Notes: a model not told the origin generated them from the letters alone. A stretch of DNA of 64,000 bases from an uncultured Gemmatimonadaceae bacterium (GCA_964580055.1 CAZOJI010000010.1:4367-68366), one strand, 5' to 3'. Shown: positions 55,201 through 63,564, numbered from the stretch's first letter. Numbers and translations: made by a program.

Positions 55201-55575
55201 CGCCGCCGCCGGTTGACCCAGCCATAGAGGCAACTCATGAAAGATGCAAAGTGGCGGGTAGAACCATCCCTTGCATCCTTTCCGAGCGGCCAATCGAATG
55301 ACGTCGTCGCGCAATGCTCCCTGGCGCAGGGCCAGTAGGTATTGCGGTGTAGGGAATGGGTCGTCGGGTGTCGCGCTGAGTGGCTGGAGGAAACCGTCGG
55401 CGGCAGCTCCCAAGAGCAGCTTCACGTCGGCTGATACCATCAACTCGAGTTTTGGGGCAGTCACCAAGCCATCTCCAGCGATTCGGGAAACGGGCTGCCT
55501 CTTGTACGCGCAGCGGTCGACGGGGTTTTCCTGCTGTGATTGTCTAAATTCTATCCAACCCTCTGCGGTCTTCAA
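52264..55575 (-). CDS. addB: AddB-like PD-(D/E)XK nuclease subunit with an Fe-S ('iron staple') cysteines
   Basis: 'IDYKS', 'LQVPLYAHAL', 'YAKCPWAYF' and C-terminal 'CGCPAYCPAYDVC'. No intact Walker A seen. Start uncertain (55575 or ATG 55440). Confidence 0.75.
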   Translation of the reverse strand: MKTAEGWIEFRQSQQENPVDRCAYKRQPVSRIAGDGLVTAPKLELMVSADVKLLLGAAADGFLQPLSATPDDPFPTPQYLLALRQGALRDDVIRLAARKGCKGWFYPPLCIFHELPLWLGQPAAAPLGDVERLALLGSIVRGVGGEVFGRLRRLDYYLESLDRFIGELISEGTTAEEFKTATAAAAAGVQGSFPKRKQSELASIYADYLEALDREGVRDGRDELASIARLVAKDPEALSERLGGRREIRLYGLSDLRGGWRRLLTSLVDSSATDRVRIYVTHQYTSSELHDLPPAAVTYLEKRDNVWARSIFGTKEPNGNSRPRGSFSIIEAPNTEREMGEVAKRVRRLVDAGTPPHRVSIVARSGRPHVDLAVRALKVFGVPATARLRTSCSEIPVIKAVASLLAAASDGWTRQRLVDLARSPFFGPLFDSDVFDFLGFRRAIRGLSAWRAAIYELSRQPDGPLESEDKVGSGSVRRPTSACAAKTLEEFDAFRGHAGDLDRRQTLYDWVAWLEDFMQRDPFDFEAKIYDAPEGEYASVKRDLAGWHALNGLISEWKSAVARWGDAGVTDPVRNTAISVSEFSKRFRDLLDGQIGVWTESPRGVQVMEALAASHRGFDYVFLVGMEAGSFPHPASRSPILDDDERSRLRNAGIHLDTRADWDLRERELFRSVVGGAGQLTISYPKINLRGAETIRSSFIEALIEVADATTVPVDEYAAITPDTPLAPTAAARDQAFHGAQIEYDRVRGVESPFSGIIIDRGLLSHLSERFDDNKLWSPSQIETYAKCPWAYFSIRLLRLQKLEEPDEEMEATVRGSLLHDALARFYDRAGDERGRPVFLRSSDLEWAESLMNDVLDTAFDDMEQLTWLGHPTLRPFKRSELKRDLLRYLAWEVEHHDRMEDVRKSDAAILRTGADYHELRFGEDGDVVLERHGVVFRYRGIIDRVDRGVDARIEDASRFVAAIDYKSSIRGVPGEGRSVAWDEGVVLQVPLYAHALTQLTDHAEVSRVEYRPLGETKPGASPGKARAHCLQLYGVDKKTGDLVRNENDMAKMDNALNMVCKHVSSVRKGRFPVRPAPSCGCPAYCPAYDVCRVPPHVREAGT

Positions 55576-55638
55576 CAGCCTCGCTATCGAAGCACTGTCC
55601 GCGGCTCAATGATCCAAGGGCGCGAAAAGACTCCGGTT

Positions 55639-57327
55639 TTAGAAGCCCCGCGCGTACCTTCCCCATAGTTCGTTGCCCAGCTCCCACCACTTGGTCATTG
55701 TCGCGTGGGCGAAGTCATTGGTGTATTTGGTCAGGTAGTGTCTGAACTCATCGTATTGGCCGTTGTTGTAGTACTCCATGGCGATGTCTTCTATCGAAGG
55801 GAGTTCCATGAAGGCTCTGTCCTCGAACTCCATCGACGCGTCCTCGATCAGACTGCGCATCTCACCCCATTTTATCATCGCCAAACGATTGGTTCGCCTG
55901 AACCACCACACCGCAGCATCCTCGCGGTACCGATGCTGCCCGCATATCTGGAAACTGTTGGGAAGAGACAGCGTGCCGGCGAACACCGGAATGCGCGGGC
56001 TTTGGCCCGGATTGTCGAACGAGAACCACGCGACAGTTCCGAGTTCGGGCGGGAGCCAGTCTCGGTTCTGGATGATCTGAGAGTAGGAGCATCTGGCAAT
56101 GGCGATGGTCCGCTGTGGCTCGACCGTGCCTGGCTTCAAGGTGTTGAGGAGGTTCGCCATTTCCCCCCTCACGGTCCAGTTGTTCACCATCGGACTCTTG
56201 ACCACACCTTCTTGCTCTCCCGAATCCTCCTGGCCTCGGCCGCGTTGGGGCTCGACCAGGAGGTTCTTGGTCATGTCGTACTCGGTGCCTTCGTAGGTCT
56301 CGCGGTAGTACCGCATCACTTCCCTCACGGAGATCTTCCGGTCAGGCTTCACGGAGAACGGAAGCTCCTCGGCATCTCTGAGGAGATTCAATGACGGTGC
56401 CATCGTGCTGAGAATGAAGAACTCCCTTATGGAGAACGGCGCTCTGCCACTGTAGGCCTTCCAGAACTTGAATGGCTCTCCGCTCGACGGGTCCCACCAT
56501 CCCATCTCTTCCGCCAGAGAATACACGTTTTCAGATGCCATGTAATGGTCCGGATCGTCCAGATCCAGCTCGCCGATCCTTGGAATGTTGGCAGAAACGC
56601 CGACGTGGTCGTCCGGAATTCGCACGGCTGCCCAAACAGCTCCCAATTCGAACGGGCCGGCCCCTTGGATCTCGAAGTGCCAGACTTCCTTGGCATCAGC
56701 GAACGTGAGGCATTCGCCCCAATCTCCGTAACCGTATTCCGCGACCAACTCACCGATCAAGCGAATCGCGTCGCGCGCATTCGTCGTACGTTCCAGCGCG
56801 ATCGCCTGAAGGTTTTCGATCAGGAAGAGTCCTTCCGGGTTTCGGAGTTCATTCCTCCCTCCAATCGTCGTCTCCCCGATCGAAAGGCCCTTCTCGTTCA
56901 TCGCAGGATAGGCCACGTTGAAATAGGCGAAGGTGGAATCAGCCTGCGGTATCTCACCCTTGAGCCGCAGCCCCCTCATATCCCAGGGTGTTTCATTGTG
57001 CAGCTTGCCCCAGTAGATCGGTCTCGTGGAACTGGCGCCATGGTGTTCCGCAGGCTCGATGTTGAGCCAGGTCCGGTAGTTGCCGTCACACGTGTGAGAT
57101 GTGATTACTGAGCCATCGGTGCTGGCCTCTTTGCCGACCATGATGCTTGTGCATCCTCCGGTAGAGCCGTCGTTGCATGTTATGCACGTGTCCTGCGCCA
57201 CGGGTACTGGCACGGTGACGGCTGCGTCGGGTACCTGTGCTGTCGCAGACGCCCATCCTGTGACCAGCGAAAAGATGACCAGCAGCGCTAGTTCGACCGC
57301 GGTTCTGCAGAGGTGTCTCTCTTTCAC
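55639..57327 (-). CDS. C69 family dipeptidase (secreted)
   Basis: Signal peptide, then 'GGCTSIMVGKEASTDGSVITSHTCD', which is the N-terminal nucleophile Cys context typical of C69. Confidence 0.8.
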   Translation of the reverse strand: MKERHLCRTAVELALLVIFSLVTGWASATAQVPDAAVTVPVPVAQDTCITCNDGSTGGCTSIMVGKEASTDGSVITSHTCDGNYRTWLNIEPAEHHGASSTRPIYWGKLHNETPWDMRGLRLKGEIPQADSTFAYFNVAYPAMNEKGLSIGETTIGGRNELRNPEGLFLIENLQAIALERTTNARDAIRLIGELVAEYGYGDWGECLTFADAKEVWHFEIQGAGPFELGAVWAAVRIPDDHVGVSANIPRIGELDLDDPDHYMASENVYSLAEEMGWWDPSSGEPFKFWKAYSGRAPFSIREFFILSTMAPSLNLLRDAEELPFSVKPDRKISVREVMRYYRETYEGTEYDMTKNLLVEPQRGRGQEDSGEQEGVVKSPMVNNWTVRGEMANLLNTLKPGTVEPQRTIAIARCSYSQIIQNRDWLPPELGTVAWFSFDNPGQSPRIPVFAGTLSLPNSFQICGQHRYREDAAVWWFRRTNRLAMIKWGEMRSLIEDASMEFEDRAFMELPSIEDIAMEYYNNGQYDEFRHYLTKYTNDFAHATMTKWWELGNELWGRYARGF

Positions 57328-57391
57328 CTGACTACTCCTTATTGAGGCTGCTTCGTTGAGTGATCACCGACGGCGATGCACGCCCGGCGTT

Positions 57392-58564
57392 CTATTCGAT
57401 CACTACTCGTCGACTGCCTGCGTTCGACGGATCGTGCAAATAATGGCCGATGCCGTTCGCGATTATGTCTGCATATCTCGGGACGTTCAGGCAGGAGAGT
57501 GGTTTGTCGGGATTGAGATCGGTCCAGCTCTCCATCGTTTGAAGCACGGCTGATGTATGCCGGCCGACGCGCACCTCTATCGGCCATCCGTTCTCGTCGA
57601 TCTTCTCGTACAATAATCCGTGCTCGCCGGCCTTGACTACGAACTCGTCTTTGCCGGTCAGCAATTGCTCACGGGTGGTTCGTCCCCTGGTGGCATCCAG
57701 GAAAGGTTCAGGTGCTTCGAACAGCAATGACACGGCATCGGAGTAGTCGCCGACTTCACGATGGGAAAGCCCCCGGAGCGATTTGGGGGAGTACTCCATA
57801 CCCATTCCGAAACCCTCCATGTCGGATAGCATCATGGATACGAAGGCGGCGAGATCTTCGCCGCGATCGTGGGCGACGATGGTGCTGATCACCGGATACT
57901 GCAGTTCTGCTTCGTGCAAATCAATGAAGATGTCGACTTGCTCCCGTCTGATCAGTTCCATGAACGCGTAACAAGTGCGCTCTGTCAGTGTACCATTGGG
58001 ACGTCCGGGCCAACAGCGGTTCAGGTTCCGGATGTCCACCCACGCGAGGCTCTGCTTGCTCGGGTAGTGGATGTAGACTTCCGGGTCGGGCCACTGATCG
58101 AGAGGATTGGACCATCGGTCTCCCAAGCGAAACCTGCGTTCCCCCCAATCCGTCGGTATGCTGAAATCCGGAGGATACGCCCCGCCCAATCTGGTCGCGG
58201 TGCTGGCGCTGCGGTTGGAACTGAGCACCAGGATCAATCTGCCGCGCTCCATGACCGCGTTTTCCGCGAACAACCATGCGGCCAGACGGCCCGCCGGCTC
58301 CTCTGGATGTGAGCCTCCCATGGCGAAGATGGTGCCACCCTCTTCTTCTCCATCGAAAATGTATACGTTGCAGTCGTTTACCGTACCACGGACGCCGTGG
58401 TAGTAGTCGCTCAGCCGTTTGACCTCGGTGACTCCTTCGCTGAGAACGACCGGTTCTTCGAGGTGCCTGCTACGATAGAAGCTCGTGCCCGAGGAGACGA
58501 GCCACGCCAGTCCCACGGAGCAAATCGCGAGCTTTCGGAGCTTAGCGTGTGAATCGGCCGTCAT
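57392..58564 (-). CDS. Succinylglutamate desuccinylase/aspartoacylase-like (M14-related) zinc hydrolase
   Basis: 'GGSHPEEPAG' (HxxE) and 'IFIDLHEA' (distal His/Glu). N-terminal anchor or signal 'LAICSVGLAWLVSSG'. GGGGAG SD overlaps the stop of the small ORF upstream. Confidence 0.6.
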   Translation of the reverse strand: MTADSHAKLRKLAICSVGLAWLVSSGTSFYRSRHLEEPVVLSEGVTEVKRLSDYYHGVRGTVNDCNVYIFDGEEEGGTIFAMGGSHPEEPAGRLAAWLFAENAVMERGRLILVLSSNRSASTATRLGGAYPPDFSIPTDWGERRFRLGDRWSNPLDQWPDPEVYIHYPSKQSLAWVDIRNLNRCWPGRPNGTLTERTCYAFMELIRREQVDIFIDLHEAELQYPVISTIVAHDRGEDLAAFVSMMLSDMEGFGMGMEYSPKSLRGLSHREVGDYSDAVSLLFEAPEPFLDATRGRTTREQLLTGKDEFVVKAGEHGLLYEKIDENGWPIEVRVGRHTSAVLQTMESWTDLNPDKPLSCLNVPRYADIIANGIGHYLHDPSNAGSRRVVIE

Positions 58565-58576
58565 CTCAAATCTCCC

Positions 58577-58741
58577 CTATTTCAATCTGAGTAGACGCAG
58601 GAGGAACGGTAGCAGCACGACGGCGTACTGGACTTCTTTCTCCCAGCTCTTGGTGCGGATCAAGTTGCGAATCATGATAAATACTATGAACGCCACGAGG
58701 ACATAATAGATGGCTGCGACTATTCCACCGAGCAGTATCAT
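58577..58741 (-). CDS. Unlisted 54-aa two-TM membrane protein (MILLGGIVAAIYYVLVAFIVFIMIRNLIRTKSWEKEVQYAVVLLPFLLRLLRLK)
   Basis: Below the 60-aa ORF-track cutoff. AGGAGG lies 6 nt upstream of ATG 58741 and overlaps the stop of the permease gene. Its own stop lies in the SD of the next gene. Confidence 0.6.
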   Translation of the reverse strand: MILLGGIVAAIYYVLVAFIVFIMIRNLIRTKSWEKEVQYAVVLLPFLLRLLRLK

Positions 58742-58751
58742 TGCGAGCCTC

Positions 58752-60044
58752 CTAGAGACCGGTCAGGAAGCTGAGTTTTTTCGAATAGACGACCATCAGT
58801 GTTCCAACAACCATGATGATGATCGCCGGTACTATGCAGGCCTTCAGAAACCTGCCATAGCTTTCCTTGCAACCGAGCACGCTAACGGTCAGGCGACCGA
58901 TGATCGCGGTTGGCGGCAGTCCATCGCCCAGCGGCCAGATGACCGTCATGCCGGCCAGGGCCACGATGGGATCCAACCCCATGTTCTCGAACAGCAGTAC
59001 GAGTGGCACGCCTATCACGGGCCCCGATCCGTACATTAGTATGGCATCGGATACGGGCATCAGCCAGAACAGGCTGGCGAACACAACGAAGGCTGGCAAC
59101 GTCACGGCGGTGACGGCAAGCAGCCCTCGCACCCCGGTCAGCGTCATTATTTGCACCAATATGCCAACGCTGGTCAATGTCGCTATCAAGGGCAGTAGCT
59201 GGTCTATCGTGTCCTCTGAGATTCTCAAAATGTTCAGTTTTACGGGCGACAGGACGAACGACGTCGCTGCCGCGAACAGGAACATAAGTGGCAGTCCCAG
59301 AATCGGTGTGGAGTGTGGCCACAGCCTCCCGACGAGGATCAGCGCTCCAAAGACGACAAACGGCAGAAAAACCTTGAGCCAGTTCATCTGCGCCGGGGGC
59401 TCGGGGAGCTCTTCGAGCGCCTTCTCGATGTCCGGCTCGCTTCCCTTCCAACCGACAATGAAGATCGTGAGCAGTGAAATCAGGACACAAGGTATCAGCA
59501 GCGGCCAGAAGAAACCCACATAGGGCATGTTTACGCCCGCCGCGGTCATCATTGCCCATAGATTTACGGGAGGCGCGGCCGCTGCCATGCCGGCTATGAT
59601 GAACACGATGACCGCCGTCTTGAGCTTGGGGATACCCATGTAGTAGAGGACAACCGCTACCATGCCGCCGGTGATCAAGACGGTGACGCTACCAGCGCCA
59701 GTCAACGCTCCCGGGAGCATCAGTAGCACTGTCAGCAGGACGAGGAGCAACGCCCTATTTCTATAAAACCGCTTCAGAATGCCTCTTACAGAGAAGGCAA
59801 CGGCTCCCGACTCCTTCATGATATTCATGAAGAACGTTGCAGTGACGAATATCAGGTTGATGTCGAGGTAGGTTATGGCGCCTTCGGCGTAATGACGAGC
59901 CGGGAATCCGAAGCCACCCGCCAGCCCGCCGGCCATGGCGGCCGAGAGCATCGCCAGTTCGGTGGACAGTTTGAGCCCTTTGACTATGACGTAGACTACC
60001 ACCATCACGCCGAGCACTATCCCGGCCGAGGCGAACATGCTCAC
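58752..60044 (-). CDS. DctM-like (TRAP large-subunit family) permease without DctQ/DctP partners
   Basis: 430-aa polytopic protein. 'FFMNIMKESGA...LPGALTGAGSVTVLITGGMVAVVLYYMGIP...AGMAAAAPPVN' parallels the DctM pattern 'FF.l.g..m..sG...F.aiSGSs.At.a..G.i..P.M...G....a.g.lG.iiPPS'. Confidence 0.55.
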   Translation of the reverse strand: MSMFASAGIVLGVMVVVYVIVKGLKLSTELAMLSAAMAGGLAGGFGFPARHYAEGAITYLDINLIFVTATFFMNIMKESGAVAFSVRGILKRFYRNRALLLVLLTVLLMLPGALTGAGSVTVLITGGMVAVVLYYMGIPKLKTAVIVFIIAGMAAAAPPVNLWAMMTAAGVNMPYVGFFWPLLIPCVLISLLTIFIVGWKGSEPDIEKALEELPEPPAQMNWLKVFLPFVVFGALILVGRLWPHSTPILGLPLMFLFAAATSFVLSPVKLNILRISEDTIDQLLPLIATLTSVGILVQIMTLTGVRGLLAVTAVTLPAFVVFASLFWLMPVSDAILMYGSGPVIGVPLVLLFENMGLDPIVALAGMTVIWPLGDGLPPTAIIGRLTVSVLGCKESYGRFLKACIVPAIIIMVVGTLMVVYSKKLSFLTGL

Positions 60045-60056
60045 AACTGTGTGCTC

Positions 60057-60662
60057 CTATGCGCCGAAGATCTCGGGCAACACATTGCTCAGATCGGTGA
60101 GTTTTTCGAACAGGACGATTGGAATACCGGCTTCATTGGCGATCGCGCTGAACCTGCCGTCCTCGTTGCCCTCCTCCATCACGAGCAGCATGTCGGCGAA
60201 GGGACAGACGGCATCGATGGATAGTTCATCGGTGTTGTCGCCTTGTGCGGCTCCTTGTGCACGCCTTTCCATCCCTTCGATATGCGCCCCTATGATCGTC
60301 ATACCAAGGCTTCGTGCTTGTGCGATCAGCCTTTCCGCCCGAGCCAGCTCATCCTCGATGGATATGCCGGCGGCGCCCATGCCCTTACCGCTAGCACCCG
60401 TTACGATGATGATTGACTTGAACGGTCCCGCCTCTTCATGCCCAGCAGCAAGATCCTCGACGGTGGACAGGCTCTTGAATACGAAATCGTAGCCGAGCCT
60501 GTTCATGAATACTCTGAAGTAGACTGGACCGGGACTCTGACCGATCGAGGTAACCAAAACCGGCAGGTCGGCAGTCTCCTGCGCGTGAATCGGCGTTTTG
60601 ACAACTGCACAGAGGGAGACTGCCAGTGCTGCACCGAGCACCACCATACGTACACGTCTCAT
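60057..60662 (-). CDS. Secreted ~200-aa hypothetical protein (possible binding partner of the adjacent permease)
   Basis: ATG 60662 lies 6 nt after GGAG. Signal peptide 'VVLGAALAVSLCAVVKTPIHAQ'. Rossmann-like alternation ('LPVLVTSIGQSPG', 'IIIVTGASGKGMG'). 12 nt upstream of the permease. No family confidently recognised. Confidence 0.5.
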   Translation of the reverse strand: MRRVRMVVLGAALAVSLCAVVKTPIHAQETADLPVLVTSIGQSPGPVYFRVFMNRLGYDFVFKSLSTVEDLAAGHEEAGPFKSIIIVTGASGKGMGAAGISIEDELARAERLIAQARSLGMTIIGAHIEGMERRAQGAAQGDNTDELSIDAVCPFADMLLVMEEGNEDGRFSAIANEAGIPIVLFEKLTDLSNVLPEIFGA

Positions 60663-60825
60663 GTGGCTCTCCTGCGATCGAGAAACCAGGATTGGGAAGG
60701 ACGCGGGTATGATATCCGATGTTTGACTGCCGATCAACCGGCGCAGGTTCCGGCGGTCCCCAAAGTCGCGGCGCCGGCGAGTACCGTGCCGGGCGAGCGC
60801 ACACTGCGCGAGCTACAGCGACCTG

Positions 60826-61971
60826 CTAGATCGATTCACCGGGTGCTCGCGGACTCCGGCGTGCTGCCGACCTCGAGTACCGGGTAACCAGGACCCCTAC
60901 TGCTAGCAGGAAAGGAATACCGATAAGCCAGACGCTGAAATGGCCGTCGGACCCGCTGTAGTGCAGCGGCATTTCGCCGGGTTCCTTCAACGGTATCGGG
61001 TCCCAGGTGATCCCGTATTCGAGTGTGAGGCCTCTGATGAAGAGCAGATGGATGACCGGAACATCTCGTGCAGCCATTTCGTGGAGCACTCCGCGCTGTT
61101 GGACGGGAGGCAGTGCTACTTCGACGTTGAGGCCTGGATCGAGATCTAGTGCCAGCGGGCTGGGGCCGAGGTTCGCGTGGCTTCCGCCCGCGTTGATGAA
61201 GGCGGTGACGGGGTTTTTTGGGGGAGTGGCTCCGTATTCTGCCATGCGTAGGGCGACATTCCTGCGCAAGTCGGGTTCGTAGATGAACTGGATGCCGCTC
61301 GCAGCGATCCGACCGAGGAGCTGTTCCCTCAGATGCGGATCGAACCCGCCGCCGACGTCACCTCTGCCCCCCAACGAGACGCCGGCCGGCGGTGTTGCTA
61401 CCACGCCTTCTCGCAGCAGCAAGGTGTAGATGTCGAGGAGGTTGAACTGCGGATTGGTTGCTCCGTACGAGGACGCTCCCAGCGAGATCAATGCCACTGC
61501 GTGCAGGTCCATTGCCTGAGCCGCAGCCAAGGTCGCTATCAGCAGCGCGGGGAACGACGCGGAGCTTCCGACAGCTATCGTATCACCCGGAGCGACGCCG
61601 ATCCGGTCAAGCATGTGGACGATGATGCTCGCCATCGCGGGGTCGGCAGTGGTTCTCTTCGCGTCGAGATGGCCGAGCGTTGTCATCAACTCAGAGTATT
61701 CGGGGCCGATCAGGCAGGTGCGGTTGGGGTCGATTGTCTCATCGATTTCGATGCCTGTCGAGTCGCAGAATGCACGGGTGGTCTCGGTTGCCCCCTGCAT
61801 GATTACGGCCGCATCAAGCATCTCTTCGCTGTAGCGCAGAGCCCCGGTTGGAGAGACCAGGCGCAATGAGAACAAAGCGAGCAGGCTCACGATCCCCGCT
61901 GCGACGATCGGAAATGGCGAACCCGACCCAACCGCGGAGCGTCGGGAGAGCGTAAACGGCGAACACCTCAT
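60826..61971 (-). CDS. Putative 'poly-gamma-glutamate system protein' (family found beside pgsB/pgsC in some non-Bacillus genomes)
   Basis: ATG 61971 forms an ATGA overlap with the pgsC stop. N- and C-terminal TM anchors flank a ~300-aa exposed domain. The family call is from memory of the synteny and needs an HMM check. Confidence 0.5.
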   Translation of the reverse strand: MRCSPFTLSRRSAVGSGSPFPIVAAGIVSLLALFSLRLVSPTGALRYSEEMLDAAVIMQGATETTRAFCDSTGIEIDETIDPNRTCLIGPEYSELMTTLGHLDAKRTTADPAMASIIVHMLDRIGVAPGDTIAVGSSASFPALLIATLAAAQAMDLHAVALISLGASSYGATNPQFNLLDIYTLLLREGVVATPPAGVSLGGRGDVGGGFDPHLREQLLGRIAASGIQFIYEPDLRRNVALRMAEYGATPPKNPVTAFINAGGSHANLGPSPLALDLDPGLNVEVALPPVQQRGVLHEMAARDVPVIHLLFIRGLTLEYGITWDPIPLKEPGEMPLHYSGSDGHFSVWLIGIPFLLAVGVLVTRYSRSAARRSPRAPGESI

Positions 61972-62399
61972 AACCCGAGAAGTCGTCCGATAAAATGCAA
62001 GGTCACTGTGACTGTGACGAGTGATGCCAGCGTGAGAGTGACTCCCTGGCGGTCGCAGTGATTGGCAATGAGCCCCGGTATGACCCAACCGAGTACCCTG
62101 AACTCGAGAGACAGCGGGAAGAGTGACGGGAATACGCGCAGCCAGAGCAGTGCCCAAACGCCTCCGGTCAATATCAGGAACACGAACCGTCTTTTCCCAA
62201 AGAGGATCAAATAGCGCGAAGTCATCTTGTAAACAAGCAGCGTGAGCATGGCTGCGATGAGCGTTCCAGCTATCCGAGCCGGTTCACTCATGAACAATAC
62301 CAGGTAGCTGGGGACAATGATCCCACCGGGATATAAGCCTGTGATCCCTGTATAGAGCAGGGACAGCAGCAATCCCGCGAACGCAATCTCATACCCCAT
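61968..62399 (-). CDS. pgsC: Poly-gamma-glutamate biosynthesis membrane protein PgsC/CapC
   Basis: The internal ATG at 62399 gives a 143-aa 4-TM protein. 'GGIIVPSYLVLF', 'LFGKRRF', 'GWVIPGLIANHCDRQG' parallel B. subtilis PgsC ('GLVVPGYLAL', 'LYGRRKF', 'GIIVPGLIANTIQKQG'). Confidence 0.85.
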   Translation of the reverse strand: MGYEIAFAGLLLSLLYTGITGLYPGGIIVPSYLVLFMSEPARIAGTLIAAMLTLLVYKMTSRYLILFGKRRFVFLILTGGVWALLWLRVFPSLFPLSLEFRVLGWVIPGLIANHCDRQGVTLTLASLVTVTVTLHFIGRLLGL

Positions 62400-63564
62400 A
62401 CACGACTCCTGCAGCGTCCCAGTGTTGCGTGAGCCTTTGTCCCAAACCAACGAAGTTGCCGAAGCCGAACACTACCGTGTTGTCTTCGACTTCAGTCACT
62501 ATGGATGCCGTTATGCGCTCGGCCGACCTCCGGCCGACGAACTGCGCCGACTCCAGACTCCGTGCCGCTGCCATGGCGTGACCACCGGCCACGTACACCC
62601 TGCGAAATCGTCCCGGCCGGCCGCTTCGGATAGCGTCGATCCACTGTCTGGTCCTATCGCCACGGTCGGGGCGCAGGCAGAGCAAGCCCACGAACTCCTG
62701 TGAGGTTGCTTTGAAAGCACTTGCTACCCGTTGAAACACTCGCTCGGTAGACACTGGATCGTTCGCTGCGAAGGCGTCAACGAAGTAAACCGTTTTTCCC
62801 GATTCGCCGCTCCGTATCTCCCGTACCGAGAATGCCCCCGGGTATCCCGCAGTGGAAGCCAACTCGGCTTCGATGACCTCGTCGCTCATGCCGAGCTCGA
62901 TGGCGACCGCACAGACGAGGTCGAGGTTGTCGGCAAACTCGCTTGCGGCCAAATCGGGGTTCCGGCTCAGTATAGATGCAGAGCGGTTCTCATCGACCAA
63001 AACCATTCTTCCCCCAGCGTTGAGCACCGCTTGCTCGAATGGCCTGGGCCGGCAGTTCCGCGTCAAGAAAACCGTGGCTCCCCGAACGACGTCGAGGCTC
63101 AAGGTGGCCGCGACATCGTCTTCCGTTTCACCCTGGGCATCGGTGTGATCGGGCCATGTGTTGGTGACCGCTACGACGTCGGGTTTGAGTAGTTGCCGCG
63201 CTTCAGCTATGTGGTTTTCGGCGTGGATGCTCATGACTTCCGCGACCAGGCAATCCACCTCTAGTGAGGCTGCTAGCTCGAGCAGGCCCTTCTGCTCCAA
63301 TACAGAAGCCTGTCCCCGTCGCCGGATTTCTGTTTGCGAGCCGTCCGGCCAGAGGAGAGTCGGCTGTGACCCCGTCGTCTTGGCGAGGACTCTTCGCCCA
63401 TCCGACCTTAGAACAGAGGCCAGCAATCGCGCAGTGGTAGATTTACCTCTGGTTCCAGTTACTATGACTGTCTGTGGAATTTGCTTGCGCCAACGGTCGA
63501 CCGATTTGCGCTCGTGGATCAGGTAGAGCACGAACGCCGTCACGGACAAGATCAGCACGGTCAT
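62389..63564 (-). CDS. pgsB: Poly-gamma-glutamate synthase PgsB/CapB (Mur-ligase-like amide ligase)
   Basis: ATG 63564 follows AAGGGAG. N-terminal TM segment, then 'VIVTGTRGKSTTARL' (P-loop), 'AKTTGS', 'AEVMSIHAENH', 'VTNTWPDHTD'. Confidence 0.85.
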   Translation of the reverse strand: MTVLILSVTAFVLYLIHERKSVDRWRKQIPQTVIVTGTRGKSTTARLLASVLRSDGRRVLAKTTGSQPTLLWPDGSQTEIRRRGQASVLEQKGLLELAASLEVDCLVAEVMSIHAENHIAEARQLLKPDVVAVTNTWPDHTDAQGETEDDVAATLSLDVVRGATVFLTRNCRPRPFEQAVLNAGGRMVLVDENRSASILSRNPDLAASEFADNLDLVCAVAIELGMSDEVIEAELASTAGYPGAFSVREIRSGESGKTVYFVDAFAANDPVSTERVFQRVASAFKATSQEFVGLLCLRPDRGDRTRQWIDAIRSGRPGRFRRVYVAGGHAMAAARSLESAQFVGRRSAERITASIVTEVEDNTVVFGFGNFVGLGQRLTQHWDAAGVVYGV

